From Vicugna vicugna (Eukaryota): a stretch of DNA of 48,041 nucleotides. The DNA lies in NCBI GenBank assembly GCA_013265495.1, contig MU057809.1:870001-918041 (forward strand). The letters run 5' to 3'. The notes beneath the pieces are model-generated. The model was not told the origin of the DNA and made no database searches. It saw only the letters and a list, made by a program, of their open reading frames with translations. The stretch's first letter is position 1, and each line of letters opens with the position of its first letter. Below are positions 11,931-24,300 of the stretch, piece by piece. Position numbers and translations under genes: made by a program.

Positions 11931-13049
11931 GTGGGGGGATGCTCACAGCTCTGCTGACCTGGGAGAAATGACAAGTCTGAGCCCAAATGAGCGTCCAGCA
12001 CCGGGAGGCCAGGACCGCCAGGCATCTAGCAAGGGTGGTGCCCTGGGGTTTGTCACAGCACAATCGCTCCCCCAGCCGGGGTGAAGCTGCTCTGGTCACA
12101 GGGAGGGAAGGGTCAGCCCACCCCAAACGGGCAGCCGGGGCACAGCAGGGACCCTCCGGTCAGCCCATCAGCCGTGCTCGAAGCTCGTGAGGACCAGGGC
12201 GGGGTCGTCCCAGCATGGACACAGCGGCTGCGTGCTGACCAAACCTCGGCCCCTGGGCAGCGGCTGAGATGCATGTGTGCTCAGTAAAGAAGGCAGGCAG
12301 GAGGGAGAAGGTCTCCGAGGCTTCTCGGTGGAGAGAGGTCTTGTCAAGTGAAACGGAAGCCACAGCAGGGCTCCCGGTCACAGGACAGCCTCTGCTCACC
12401 CCTCCGTCCTGCGTGTCACTGGAAGCGCCCAGCGGGGCCAGCAGGCAGAGCTCAGAATCCTGGCCCCACCACGGAGATGAAAAAACACAGGCCAAGGAGA
12501 CAAGAAGGCTGGGCTGCGATGGCGGGAGGAGGTGACTGGTGCGGCTGGGGCCACGCCCAGGATCATGGGCCTGAACTGCGCAACGGGGCCCTCGGGGAGC
12601 TCAGGGCGGCTGAGCACAGCCATCAGCTGTGTCTCCAGGCCGCTCCAGGAGCTGCTTGGCGAGGGAGCTCCCCAATGAGGCCAGCCCTGCAGAACCGGGC
12701 CAGGGGGGTGTCACACACCCTGCGAGCAAAGCCGGTGGTGAATCCACTCTGAGGAAGAGCCAGTGAGCCTCTTCCGGCTTTACGTTCAAACTGAAGAGCG
12801 AGCAGCAGGCAAAGCCGCCAACGATGCCCTGGCTCTGCTCTGCTTCCGCCTCAGCCGTCACACCCAGCCTGCAGCCCCACCGCCAGGGCCGGCCCAGGGC
12901 GCGTGGAAATGCTCCCGTGGGCAAACGCGCTCCCTCCATCCGCACGGAGGGTGGCCGCTTCCGGGAGACGTTCCTGAGCACGAAGGGCAGAGGCCGGAGG
13001 TGGCTCACGAGCAGCAGGAAGGTCACGGTCACATCTGCACACCCAGAGC

Positions 13050-13300
13050 TGCTGGGACTTGAGGCAGAGGTCACTTTCGCCCCCTTGCTCTGCCTCCTGG
13101 CCACGTGGCGTGTGGGAGCTGAGCCTGCAGGTGGAGTGCCCGCAGGATGAAGGAAGGAGGCCGGGTCCTCCAGCCCAGCACGTTTGCTGGCTTGAAGCCG
13201 CACGGGGCCCCCAAGAGACCAGCAGCGTCACTGCACGCCAGTGAGACACAGGAAGCCCGCTGTTAGAAGCCACCGTGTTTTGGGGTGTCACGTGGCAGCA
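13050..13300 (+). mobile_element. Possible old MLT1-family LTR 3' remnant
   Basis: Ends with tgttagaagccaccgtgttttggggtgtcacgtggcagca, like the 3' terminus of MLT1 LTRs; the rest is very diverged. Confidence 0.4.
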
Positions 13301-14024
13301 GGCAGCCGACACGACCTCTGGAGGAGGTTCCAGGGGGTGAGACGGAGCCCCAGGACCTGACCGGGGCCACCAGGGGGCCGGCTCCTGGCCTCTGAGTCTC
13401 TCACTGCGTCCTGGGTGGCAGAGACAGGACGCCTGCCCCGGGTCCCACTACGGCTGGTCTCCACAGGACTGACAGCATCCACACTGCCCGGGGTGCAGGT
13501 GGGCGCCCAGGCTCCCCTGCGGGCTCCTGCCTCCTCACCCCGACAAGGCGCCCACTCAGAAAGCCCCAAGCTCAGCATGTGCGGACCTGCCACCACCGGC
13601 CCCGCCCCGTGACCACGCTTGGTCTGGAGGCCGACAGGCAGGGCTGCTGGTCCCGGGGGACGGGGGCCACCTGCTGCCCTGTGCTCTGGCCTGGCCCACA
13701 TCTTGCTCTGAGTGGGCACTGAGTGCTGCAGCCACACAGCCCTGCTCGTCTAGCACTGCTGCACGGGAGCCGCCAGAGACACGCCTAAGCAGTGCCCACG
13801 AAACTCCGCCTACAGAAGCCAGCAGCTGGCCGATCCCGCGTGTGGCTCCTGTGGCCGACCTCCGGTGGAAGAACTGCAGGAAGAAATCGGAGAATAAACG
13901 CCCTCCGGGAGGGCGCTCGCCCCCATGCCGCCGGCCGGGGCAGCAAGGTCCCACATCCCGGGCACCCCCTCCAGGTCCCCGCCCTCGGGCCAAGCGGAGC
14001 ACACTTGCAAACAAAGGCAACGTG

Positions 14025-15577
14025 ACGTCACTGAAGGAAATTCAGGAGGATCCGAAGACAACAACACCCTCCGACTGATCTCCACACCCAACGCCACGCC
14101 CAGCAGGGTCCCCGCCAGCCCCCTCCCGGGAACCGTCTGGCTGGCTCTAGCATTCACGCGGAATCCAGGGCCTGGAGCAGCCAGGATACTGCTGAGGACG
14201 GAGGGCAGTGGGGGGAACTCACACCTTGACCTTCAAACTTCCTACAAGGTGACGGTGGCCAAGACAGAGCAGTGCCGGCACAAGGACAGTCACAGCCCCG
14301 CGGGAGCAGACCTGAGAGTCCAGAAGAGACCCCTGCGCCCAAGGTCAACTGACGCTCTCGGGGGCGCCAAGGTGGCTCAGTAGGAAAGAGAGCCTCGAAC
14401 TCTGCTGGGGCAGCTGGACACCCACGTGCAAAAGTGTCACGCTGGGTTCTCACTCACACCGTACACAAAAATGAACTCGGAATGGATTAAAGACCGAAAC
14501 AAAAGCGCCAACGGCACAAAGCACTCAGGAGAGAGCACGGCGTGAGGCTTCATGGCGCCCGACGTGGCCTTGGGGTCTTCGACGAGACAGTGAGAACAGG
14601 AACAGAAGGAAAGGGAGGCAGACTGGACGTATCAAAACGAAAAGCCTCTGCCCCGAAGCACACCACCAAGAGGGGAAGAGAGAGCCCGGCACAGGAGGAA
14701 GGGCTCGCAGACCACGCACCAGCCGAGGGACTCGCAGCCCGAACACACGAAGAGCGGGCTCTCACTCTCGGCAGCAGCGGCGACGCTGGGAACGACCTAC
14801 TTTAAGAGGGCAAAGGGTCTGAACTCGTCTTTCTCTAAGGAAGGTGGACAAACGGCCAAAGCACACAAAGCTGCTCGACGGCGAGGGCGTCAGCGACAGG
14901 GAGATGGAAATCAAACCAGAGGCATCCCTTCACACCCACCGGGGCGGCTGCCAGGAAGGAGTCGGGCCCGTGTCGGCGAGGAGGGGGAAGGCGGACCTCC
15001 TAGGCCGCTGGGGGGACGCAAGCGGCGCGGCCTCCGCGGGAAACGCTTCCGCAAACAGCTGCACAGACTTACCCTGTGTCCCAGCAACTCAACGCCCAGG
15101 CGAACCCAAGAGAAGGGGAACACACGCCCACACAGAGACCTGCACACGGATGTCCCGGAACTGACACACGCAGGAACAGAGTGGCCCAGGCACCCGAGGA
15201 GCACCGTCCGGCCACGAGAAGGAGAGACGCACCGACACTCGCCACAGCATAAACGATCTCGGAAGCACGATGCTCAGTGAAGCAGCACCACGACAGACCA
15301 CGCGCTGCACGGCTCCATTCACGTGAAACGTCCAGCATGGAAATCCTCAGACACAGGAGGCAGCTCAGCGGTTGCTTCAGGCTGGAGTCAGGGTGGGGGG
15401 CAGTGGGGTGACAGCTGAGGGGTGTGGGGCTCCTTTGGAGAGGATAAACCCGGTCCACAATCGTGTGGTGACGTTGCTCACTATCTGTCAAGGCGCTAAA
15501 ACCCACTGAATCGCGCGCTTCAAATGGCTGAGTTCTACGATATGTAAATCGAGTCTCAATAAAGCTGTTTTTAAAAA
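14025..15577 (+). mobile_element. Degenerate LINE-1 3' end (ORF2 C-terminus plus 3'UTR, L1MB-like)
   Basis: actcacaccttgaccttcaaacttcctacaaggtgacggtggccaagacag (ORF2), cacaccgtacacaaaaatgaactcggaatggattaaagacc, and terminal tatgtaaatcgagtctcaataaagctgtttttaaaaa typical of L1MB 3' ends. Confidence 0.88.
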
Positions 15578-18500
15578 GAGAAACGAAAGGAGAAAAGGGA
15601 AAACAAACAGAAGGATGTGTGGACACTCCATCTGCTGCTGGAGCTGGCGCCCAGCCGCGCCTCCTGACGCCACCACTGTCTCAGCCCTGGAGGCAGAGAA
15701 GGGCCGGGAGCCCGGGGCTCAGCAGGGAGTGTGTGCTCGGCGCGGCCGGGCCTCGGGACACGGGCCTGCGGGGTGCAGCTCCAGCCAAGCCCACCAGGGA
15801 AGCCTGGGCCCTGACCACCGCCATCGCGTGGACCTCCGGGGTGCAGCCCGGCCCTGCCCGCGGTCTCCTCACCCCACAGCTCCTGCGACACGAGGAGGTC
15901 GGGTCACGATCCACCTCGGGGGCCACTCCCTGGCCTGGCCCATCCTGGCTTTCTGGCCTCTGCTATCAAACCACTGTCCGGCATCTGGGCTTCCCATCTC
16001 CCTCCCGCAAGGCCGGGACTCTCACCCACTCCAGGCCCCACTGCCACCTGGACCTGCCACCACTCGCTGCCAAGACCCCAGACTGAGGGCAAGTCTTGGC
16101 ATCTGGCTCTGACCGGCTGCCTTCCCTAAAACGCCCAGCAGGAGCCCGGGCAGCCCACCCAACTCAGGCCTGTGCCCCCCAGGTCCTCGGCACTCAGAAG
16201 CCTCTCGAGTCCAGACCACACTGGATGTCCAGGAGGGGCCTGCAGGGGCACCCGCTGGGTGGCCACTGGGCAGTCCGAGCAGGACGATGCTGGGGGTGGG
16301 GGCGGCCCAGGGGCCCTAGACGAGGCTGTGAAAGCCCCAAGAGGCTGTGCTTCGCCACAGGCCCCGCCATCTGGAACCTTTCACACTGTGCTCAGAAGTC
16401 AGGACTGAAGAGTCATTCTGGCCAGACGAGGGGGAATGAGGCTGGCCGGTCCCCCAGGAGTCTGACTGTGCCTGGACGGAGGAGCAGTGCTCACCACAGG
16501 TCCAGTGTTGGAGGGGACAGCCCCACAGCCCAGCTGGGTTGGACACGGGCACCTTGGGACCCAAGGATGCTACCCAGACCCCATCCTCCCCCACATGGGG
16601 GACCCGTGAAGCTGCCACGGGTCAGGCAGCTGACAAGGCCACGTGGCCGGGTGGCGTGGGAGCCCACCCAGGGTTCTGCTCTCTGCACCACCCCTTGCAG
16701 AGCAAGGAGACCGTTCCTTCCTCCCTCCCTCCTTCCTTCCCTCCACACAGGCAGCACGGCTCCGGGAGAGGAGGGAGACACAGGTGCCTACCGCCAGCCA
16801 GGCGGGGGCCCCGTGAGGGCAGGGCTCCATCGCATCCCGGGCTAGTGAGGGGAAGCAGGGCCTGGCCCACAGCGTGCACCCTGTCACCCTGCTCAGAGGT
16901 GCCAGTGGTGACGTGGCAGCAGTAACAGCACAGCCCCCACGGGCCTCCTCCTTGCCGTTCATCCAGCGTCTGTCACCTCACGACCTGGCCAGTCGTCTGT
17001 AACTGCTCACCTGCCCAGGACAGGGCGGTGCACGGGGCATGTCAGGCAGACGTCTGCAGAAGCAACACGGGATGATTACTAACGCTGTCCTGTGGCTGCG
17101 ACACCAGAGGCCCAACTGGGGCGAGAACCAGGGGGTGTCAGGCCCAGGATGGCTGGCGGCCTCCCGCACACTTGGCTCTGGGCTTGGCTTTGGGCCCAGT
17201 CGCAGGGGAAAGGGTGCTGGCCGGCCACTCCGAGCACACAGCAGAGGGCCCAGGGGGTCTGCGGCACCGAGTGAGCGCGGCGGGGGGCTGGCGCTACTAA
17301 AGCAGATGGGAGAGCGCGAACAAATCTGCTGAGATCTGCTGCCGATGACAGCTTCGAGGAAGAAAGGGGAAAATGGCTATAATCTGCTAAAAATTTGTTG
17401 CCTTGTTTGATTCACAGCTGAGAAAACTGTTGAGACACTGACGAGAATCTCAAAAGGAAAAGTTTTGAACCTTCCTTTGATGCACTGGTGCAATTGCTGG
17501 CTAAACAAAAACACCCCACTTGCTGGGGGAGCGGAGAGCTGTCCCCGCCGGTGAGCGCGGCGGGCGCAGGCCGGGCTGCAGAGGGACACGGGGGCCAGGG
17601 GCCATCAGAGCCTGCAGCCCTGCTCTCCCTGCACCTGATCCGGCAGGGCCAGGTTCCTCGGGGGGGTGTCACCACGGGTCTCTGTGGAGACAGAAGGGAG
17701 TCTCAAGTCCGGAGGAGGCTGGGGGCTCATCCAGTGACCAGCACGCCCAGGCCAGGGGCCCGAGGGGACAGCTGCTCCCGGGGCCCATGCTGCCTGCCTC
17801 CCTCTGCTCCATGGATGCATTTCCTTCCTTCGCTCAGATTGCACGCAGGCTCAGGCGAACGGCCACGTCCCCCTGCATCCAGGGCCAGCGCCATGTCCTG
17901 AGCCCTGCAGCAGCTGCCTCAGCCTGCTGGCAGCCCGGGGCCTCAGCCCCGCTCTGCGCAAGAGCCAGGGTGTGAGCTCGACCCGTCAGGGACTGCGAAG
18001 CCTAGTGCGCTGGACACCGTGCTGAGGTCAGGCCCCGGGAGCCCCGGGGGCCCGTGGATGGCCGCGGCCGCCCCCGGCTGGGGAAAGGCTGCCGCCTGGG
18101 GAGGGGAGAGGGCCTGCCGCGCATACTAAGAGACCCCGCTGGAAGGAAGCGGAGACGCGAGGAGAATTAAAAAGCACAGTTAAATAACCACCGGTCCTCA
18201 TGCATATTTATAAATCACCCGGCCTCAAAGCTAAATCAATCTCTCTCCTGGCTGAAGGGAGCACAGCTCGGGGAGAAGAGCGGGGAGCCCGGGGTGGCTG
18301 CGGGCCTCCCAGACATGGAGCGCAGCCCCCCCGGCCCCGCCCACCAGGAGCTGCAGGCCCACCTCCACGCGGGCCCAGGGCCGGGGTCCCTGCCACCCAA
18401 GAGCTCCGTGATCTCGACTTTGGGCAGGTCCCTCAGGCCCTGGCCTCCAGCCTACGCCCCTCACGGGCTGACTCTCTTTCTCTGGGCGCTTGGTGGGGGC

Positions 18501-19486
18501 TCCAGGGTTGCTCTGGGCTCTGCAGCCTCAGGCACAGGGCAGCCCGGTCCCGGGGACAGAGCGCTGGCTGCAGGTGGAGAGCTCACAGGGCAGCACAGAC
18601 AGGCCGGACCCCATAGACCACTGGCACCCCGAGCAGCTGGCCCACTTCCTCACTCAGAGGCTGAGGAACTGAGGCCCGCGAGGCTGCCCTGGGCCGGCTA
18701 CGCGGGAGGCGAAGAGAGGAGAGGCCCAGGGCCAGAGGCAGGAGGACTGGGGAGGAGGCCGGGCCAGGGTTCCCCACAGAGGGAAACAGGTGCCCTGCCC
18801 ACAAGCCTCCTGCCCGGGCCACCAAGTGGGCCGGTGACCACATGGGCTGACCCCCCGACCCCTCCCCTCCGTCTCCCCTCATCCGCGCTGCGGAGGCTTC
18901 TTTCAGAGCTGGGCACCCGGCACTCCCCTGGGCCGAGGTACCTCACTAACACACACGCGTGTGTGGCCCGCCCCTCCCTACGGGCTGTCGGGGTCTAGGA
19001 GGGGCCTGGAAGGCCGTGTGTGCTCATGGTGGGCCCGGGCCTGGAGGGACCGGGCACTGCAGCTGCCACGGGGCTGGTCTTGAGGAGGGGCACTCCTGAG
19101 CTTCGTGGTCACTGAACCAGCAGCATGAGTGGGGGGCCCTCCAGGCAGCTCCAGGAAGGATGGAGTCTTGGGGAGCAGCGCCTGTCAGGCCCGCACCTGC
19201 AGGAGGGCCCTCCTCACGCCGCCCTCCAGGCGACTGCCTCTGCCAGCTCCAACCTGGTGCCAGACAACACAGCAGGGCGAGGGGGGCACCGCGTGGGCCC
19301 CGGACAGACAGGTGGCCTGCAGGCTGTGTCCTGGGGCGGTGCCGGCCATTCCGGAGGAGGGCTGTCAGGAATGGGGCCTTCGCCCAGCCGCCTGGGGCCC
19401 ACCGACCACTCTCACCACCGACACAGGCGCTGGGCTCCCGCCAGGTCTCTGGGTGGTAACAGAAGTAGCCAAACAAAACCGTTAAG

Positions 19487-19972
19487 ATTTTTTTTGAATT
19501 GTGGTAAAATACATATAAAGTAAACTTTGCCACCTCAGTCACATTAAGTATCATTTGGCACTAAGCACATTTACACTGCGAACGTGTAGCCGTCACCCAG
19601 TCGGTCTCCAGAACTTTCCATCTTCCCAAGCTGAGACCCTGTCCCGGTGCCCCAGCCTCTAGCCCCAGCCTCCACCTCCTGTCTCTGTGACTCTGACTCC
19701 CCCAGGGGCCCCGTGGAAGTGGCATCACCCAGTGCCTGTCCTTCCGTCCCTGGTTCACTTCACTGAGCACCACGTCCTCAGGGCCCCTCCACGACGTAGC
19801 AGGGGTCAGTTTCCTTGTTTGAAGGCTGAGTGATACTTCACTGTGCGGACGGACCACACCTGACTGCTCCCCCATCTGTCACCGCACCCTGGGCTGCTGT
19901 GACGCAGGTGAGACCTGGCTCTCAGCTCTTGGGCGCTGCACACCCGGAAGCAGAACTGTTGGGTCAGGGGGT
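19487..19972 (-). mobile_element. LINE-1 3'UTR fragment (L1MB-like)
   Basis: ttttttgaattgtggtaaaatacatataaagtaaactttgcc...ctccagaactttccatcttcccaagctgagaccctgtccc matches a reversed L1MB 3' end. Confidence 0.85.
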
Positions 19973-21919
19973 TCAACACAGGAGGCTTAGTGACAGTTCC
20001 TGTGGGGGGACACCTTCAGTTCTTTTAGAATTTAGTGTTCTGTCCATGAATCCCCTCCAAGGCCCCCTTTCTACAAGAACGGTTATGTCATTGGTCAACT
20101 TTCCTTTCTTGTCAGGGCTGCCAAGAAGCTCAGCTTTACTAACAGCATTAGCCCCGATGGTCGGAATGTCTGGGATCCGCTTCTTGCAGGCATCAGGGTA
20201 ACGCTGCCAGAAATTCTTTGTGGAAAAGTGGAATCTTATTTAACAGATGCGGTCCTGGAAAATGTTCAGATGATACTCAGACTCAAGGAACCCATATTCC
20301 CGGGACAATCCCGACTACTGGGAACCTGCGGGAGTGGACAGGAGTGCACGGTCCTGCCAGGCCCTCACAGGGCCGCTCCCCATGGACCTCCGGCACGGTG
20401 GCTGCTTCCTTCTCTTCCCGTCACCATCGAGCTGGTTATGTGCCTGCACTGAGTCCAGTCCCCACAGAACGCAAGCTCGTGAGCATCCACCCCCCGCTGT
20501 CCCCTGAGTTACAGCAGTGCCTGCAGTGCAGGCCGAGCCGTGACGGGAGGCGTGGAGCCCGGGCACCCTGTAGGCCCCAGGGCTGCCTGCTGACCCAGGA
20601 CAAGCCAGGCTGGCACACTCTGCCCCACACACAGAGCACCCGGGGAACCCAGCTGGACGAGGAAGGGCTGCCAAGCTGAGAGAGCCCGCGGTCCAACCTG
20701 CTGAGAACAGGAATGGGCACGGCCCAGCAGGACCCCTGCCGGTGGGCCCCGAGGTCAGGGCCACCAAGCGCAGGCCTCTGGGCCAGAAGCTCCCTGCTCT
20801 GAACAGAGCCTGTGAGAACAGGGGGCATCACAAAAGGAGTGCCAGGCCTGGGCCAGGAAGACGGGCTGCTCCTGGGGCTCCCCGTGGGGCTCTGGGCCTG
20901 GGTTTGGGCGCAAACACGTCGGGGTGGCCAGGGAGACCTGCCCTTGGGCTGGGGTTGCCCCACATGGACCGCCCTCCTGGGCACCCGAGCTGCACGTGGC
21001 TGAGTGGAGCTCTGGGGGTGAGGGGGTGCCAGCCTGCGTCTGCAGAGACCTCCCAGCCCTCCTTCCCAGGGAGGTGAGGCTCAGAGGCACAGGAGGCACG
21101 CGGTAGCGAGGGGACCCTCGTGCGGAACCAGCGCACCACCCTCCACCATCCTCCTCCGGGATCAGCAGACAGGAAAGTTCAGCTCGGCTCCAGACGACCG
21201 CCACACAGCATTCCTGCCAGGCCTAGTTTCTAGGTGTTTAATGCGCTGGGTTCCCATCTTTTTCACGTAAACACTTTGCAAGGACCACGTGGAGGGGTCA
21301 CCACCGCGCCCGCAAGAGCTGAGCAGGGCTGGGCCAGACCGCCGAGGGCCACCGGGGACAAGAGCCCGGGGCCGCAGTCTGGGGTCGGGGTGCACCCAGC
21401 AAGGAGGTGGGCGGTCGGTGTCCCGAGGTCCCAGGGAACCAGAAGGGGCTTAACATTCAGGACACATCACTCCTCCCATAAAAAAATCCACAGAAGTCAG
21501 CACCTATGGAAGCTTCACACAAACGCACATCAGCGCTGGCTTTTCCTGTCTTCGGCTTGAATGAGCAGGAGCAGCCGGGAGCCACCCCGCCAGGGGAAGT
21601 TTTCCTTCACTAAGCGCCTCGTGCTACACGTAACACTCAGGAAGGCAGGCGGTGCAGCAAGGCCCTGGGACCCCAGCCCCAGTGTAGCCGGTACAGAGGG
21701 CACACACATCACTGTCAGGAGGTTAGGACCGCGCCCCCCCCCCACCCCTGGCGTCGGGACTCCAGGCTGCACGCAGTGCAAGGCGGTGGGACTGGGACCC
21801 ACCGACAACGGGCAAACCAGACGACCCCACGCTGACAAGCAAACTCAGCAGGAAACGTGTGCAGCGGAGGCGCCACTGGAAGACGCCCCCGTGGGGGACG
21901 CAGAAGGACCCTGACCCGC

Positions 21920-23140
21920 AGAAAGACATCGTAACGTTCTCGTGCGCAGAGGGCCACGTCCCAGAGACGGCCGACCTCCAGACCTCCAACTTCTCACTTC
22001 AAGAAATCCAGCAAATTCTACACTCATTGGGAGAGGGGAGCTAGACACGCTGATTCCAAAGTTCATATGAAAATGAGCAAGAGCTGTTGGAAAACCCGGA
22101 AAAGAAGACTTACAGGGGGAAAAGGACAGGCACCTCGGACACAAAGGACCTGACACAGCGCGACCAGCACACGAGAAGGTAGGACCTCAAACCAATGACG
22201 AGAGATAGGCTCTCGGTCGTGGCTGGGGTGCCAGGAGGCCCTCTTAAAAAACAGGTTGGTATCACGCTTCATACCTTATAAAAAGCAAAACCAAATTTCA
22301 AGTCGATCAGATTTAAAGTAGAAAATGAAGCCACCACAAAACCAGAAGAAACCATGAGAATTTTTTTTACCTTGACTTATAAAAAGTAAAGATGTGACCC
22401 AAAACTCAGAAGCTACAAAGGAAAAGGCTATAAGTTCATCTGTATAAAATACATTTAAAAGTTAAAAACTTCTGCTTGGTAAAAAACAGCACAAGCAAAG
22501 GCAAAAGACAAATGATAAATTGGGAAAACATATTCACAATTTGAAACAAAACGAGCTCTGCTCCACAATATACAAAGAGCTCTAAGAAATCAACAAGAAA
22601 AGGACTAACAGTCTATTCGAAAAGTGGACCAAGGATAGTGACAGACACAAACGTATTTAAAACCCTCACTCATGTACAATAAAGGACTGAAATTAAAACT
22701 ACACTGAGCTCTTCCTCTTCACTTGCTGGACCAGAAAACCTCCACGTCTGAGGCCATGGGAAGAGGCACTCACAGGTGCTGGTACAAAACCGTCCCACCC
22801 CATTCGTGCTGTGCCCCGACCCGCCACTGCGTCTGCAAATGCAGGCGCCTGCTAATCCCACCCTCCCCTGGAAGTCTGTCCTACACACAGGCGTGCACAC
22901 ACTGGAAGAGCCGCGTGCAGACGGTCACTCGACACTGCCTCACTCGTGGTCACAGAAGAGGCACTAACCTGTAACCACTAACAGGCAACGGGTTAAACAC
23001 GTCACGGCACACACACCCATGCTGCACCACACACTGCGTAACACTGCACAGGGCACCGCGTACTCGCGGGAAACACCTCCTTGATGCACAAGGTGCAGAA
23101 ACTGTCTGCAAACACCATCTCTGAGTTAACAGGGGGTGGG
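21920..23140 (+). mobile_element. Degenerate LINE-1 ORF2 3' part and 3'UTR (old L1M type)
   Basis: gctgattccaaagttcatatgaaaat, aaaagttaaaaacttctgcttggtaaaaaacagcacaagcaaaggcaaaagacaaatgataaattgggaaaacatattcacaa and aaagagctctaagaaatcaacaagaaaagg are typical L1 segments. Confidence 0.85.
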
Positions 23141-23249
23141 CGGTGAGAATCTGTATTAGGAAAATCCACCACCTCACAGAAGCCCCCGGAGGAGAGGAAC
23201 TACACAAACGCCTTACACACGACCGGCCCAACCTCACGACCTCAGCTCC

Positions 23250-23365
23250 CTTCCTCCTCGTTTCCCAAATAAGGGAGCTGGGACACGAAAGGTGACGTGC
23301 CCAGGGCTGAGCACGTGTGAGGCAACGGGAGGAATTCACACCCAGATGTGTGTCCTCCAGAGCCC
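23250..23365 (-). mobile_element. MIR SINE remnant
   Basis: aggtgacgtgcccagggctgagcacg...ggaattcacacccagatgtgtgtcctccagagccc resembles the reversed MIR 5' half. Confidence 0.55.
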
Positions 23366-24300
23366 GCCTCCCGGCACCCTGCCCTGCAGCCTGCATTGCC
23401 CACACGTGCCAGAGCACGGGCGCCCCAGGAGCCAGGCCAGGGCACCACCGGCGGAGCACGCGCACAGGACCACGCACAGGTCCCGGGACGTGGGCATTGA
23501 GGCTCAGAGGAGGGGCGGCACCTGAGCTGGGCCCTGAAGATGGACAGCGCCCACCAGCAGGCGGGGGGGGCTCTCTAGACAGAGCAGGTGGCGGGGCCAG
23601 TGTGGGAAGCCAGTGGGGGCTGTGGGGGGGACTGCCAGCACAGCTGATTCTGCCATGATGGCGGGGGTGGGGGGCCGGCCCTGTGGTGCTCACACAGACA
23701 CCCCAGGCTTTCAGGGCAGAACAGGACCTGCTGGGCAGGGAGCACCTGGCCCTCGATGGGAGGGATGGAGGTGCAGCCTGGGGAGGGCACGGTCTTCAGA
23801 GCTGGGGCACAAGACGGAGTCACCTCTTGCCCTGTGGAGACCACCGGCTTCTGTGACATGGGCTTCATCTGCACAGTGTGAGTGGCACTCCTTCCTCAGT
23901 GCCCACGACATTAAGTGGGGATGCCCAGGAGGGTCAGGGTCAGGCCCAGCAGTGCTCCAGTGCTCTGTGCCCGGGGGGCGGGGGGTGGGGGGTCCCTGTG
24001 CTCTGGTCGCACAGACAACACCAAGGAAGCAGGTGCTCAGAGCGACATCAGCCTGGAGAGCAAGGCCTCCCCACCCGAGGGAATACCCAGAACAACTTCT
24101 AGGACTCACCCCACGCCCGGGCACCCCAGCTGTCCCCTCCAGGGAGCAGTGCCCAGAGAACTTTCCAGACGTGTAGGCCAGTGGCCATCAAGAAATAATG
24201 TGTCCAGTCTGGGGGGGACATGTTCAAGCCCTGGTCAGCAGCAAGTTGATCCATAGGGTAAGAGGGGTCCTGACAGGCAGAGGCTGGGCCTGCTTTGGAC

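Noticed and set aside
15558..15563. AATAAA as a gene polyadenylation signal
   Set aside because: It is the L1's own 3' signal on the + strand, antisense to MAD1L1.
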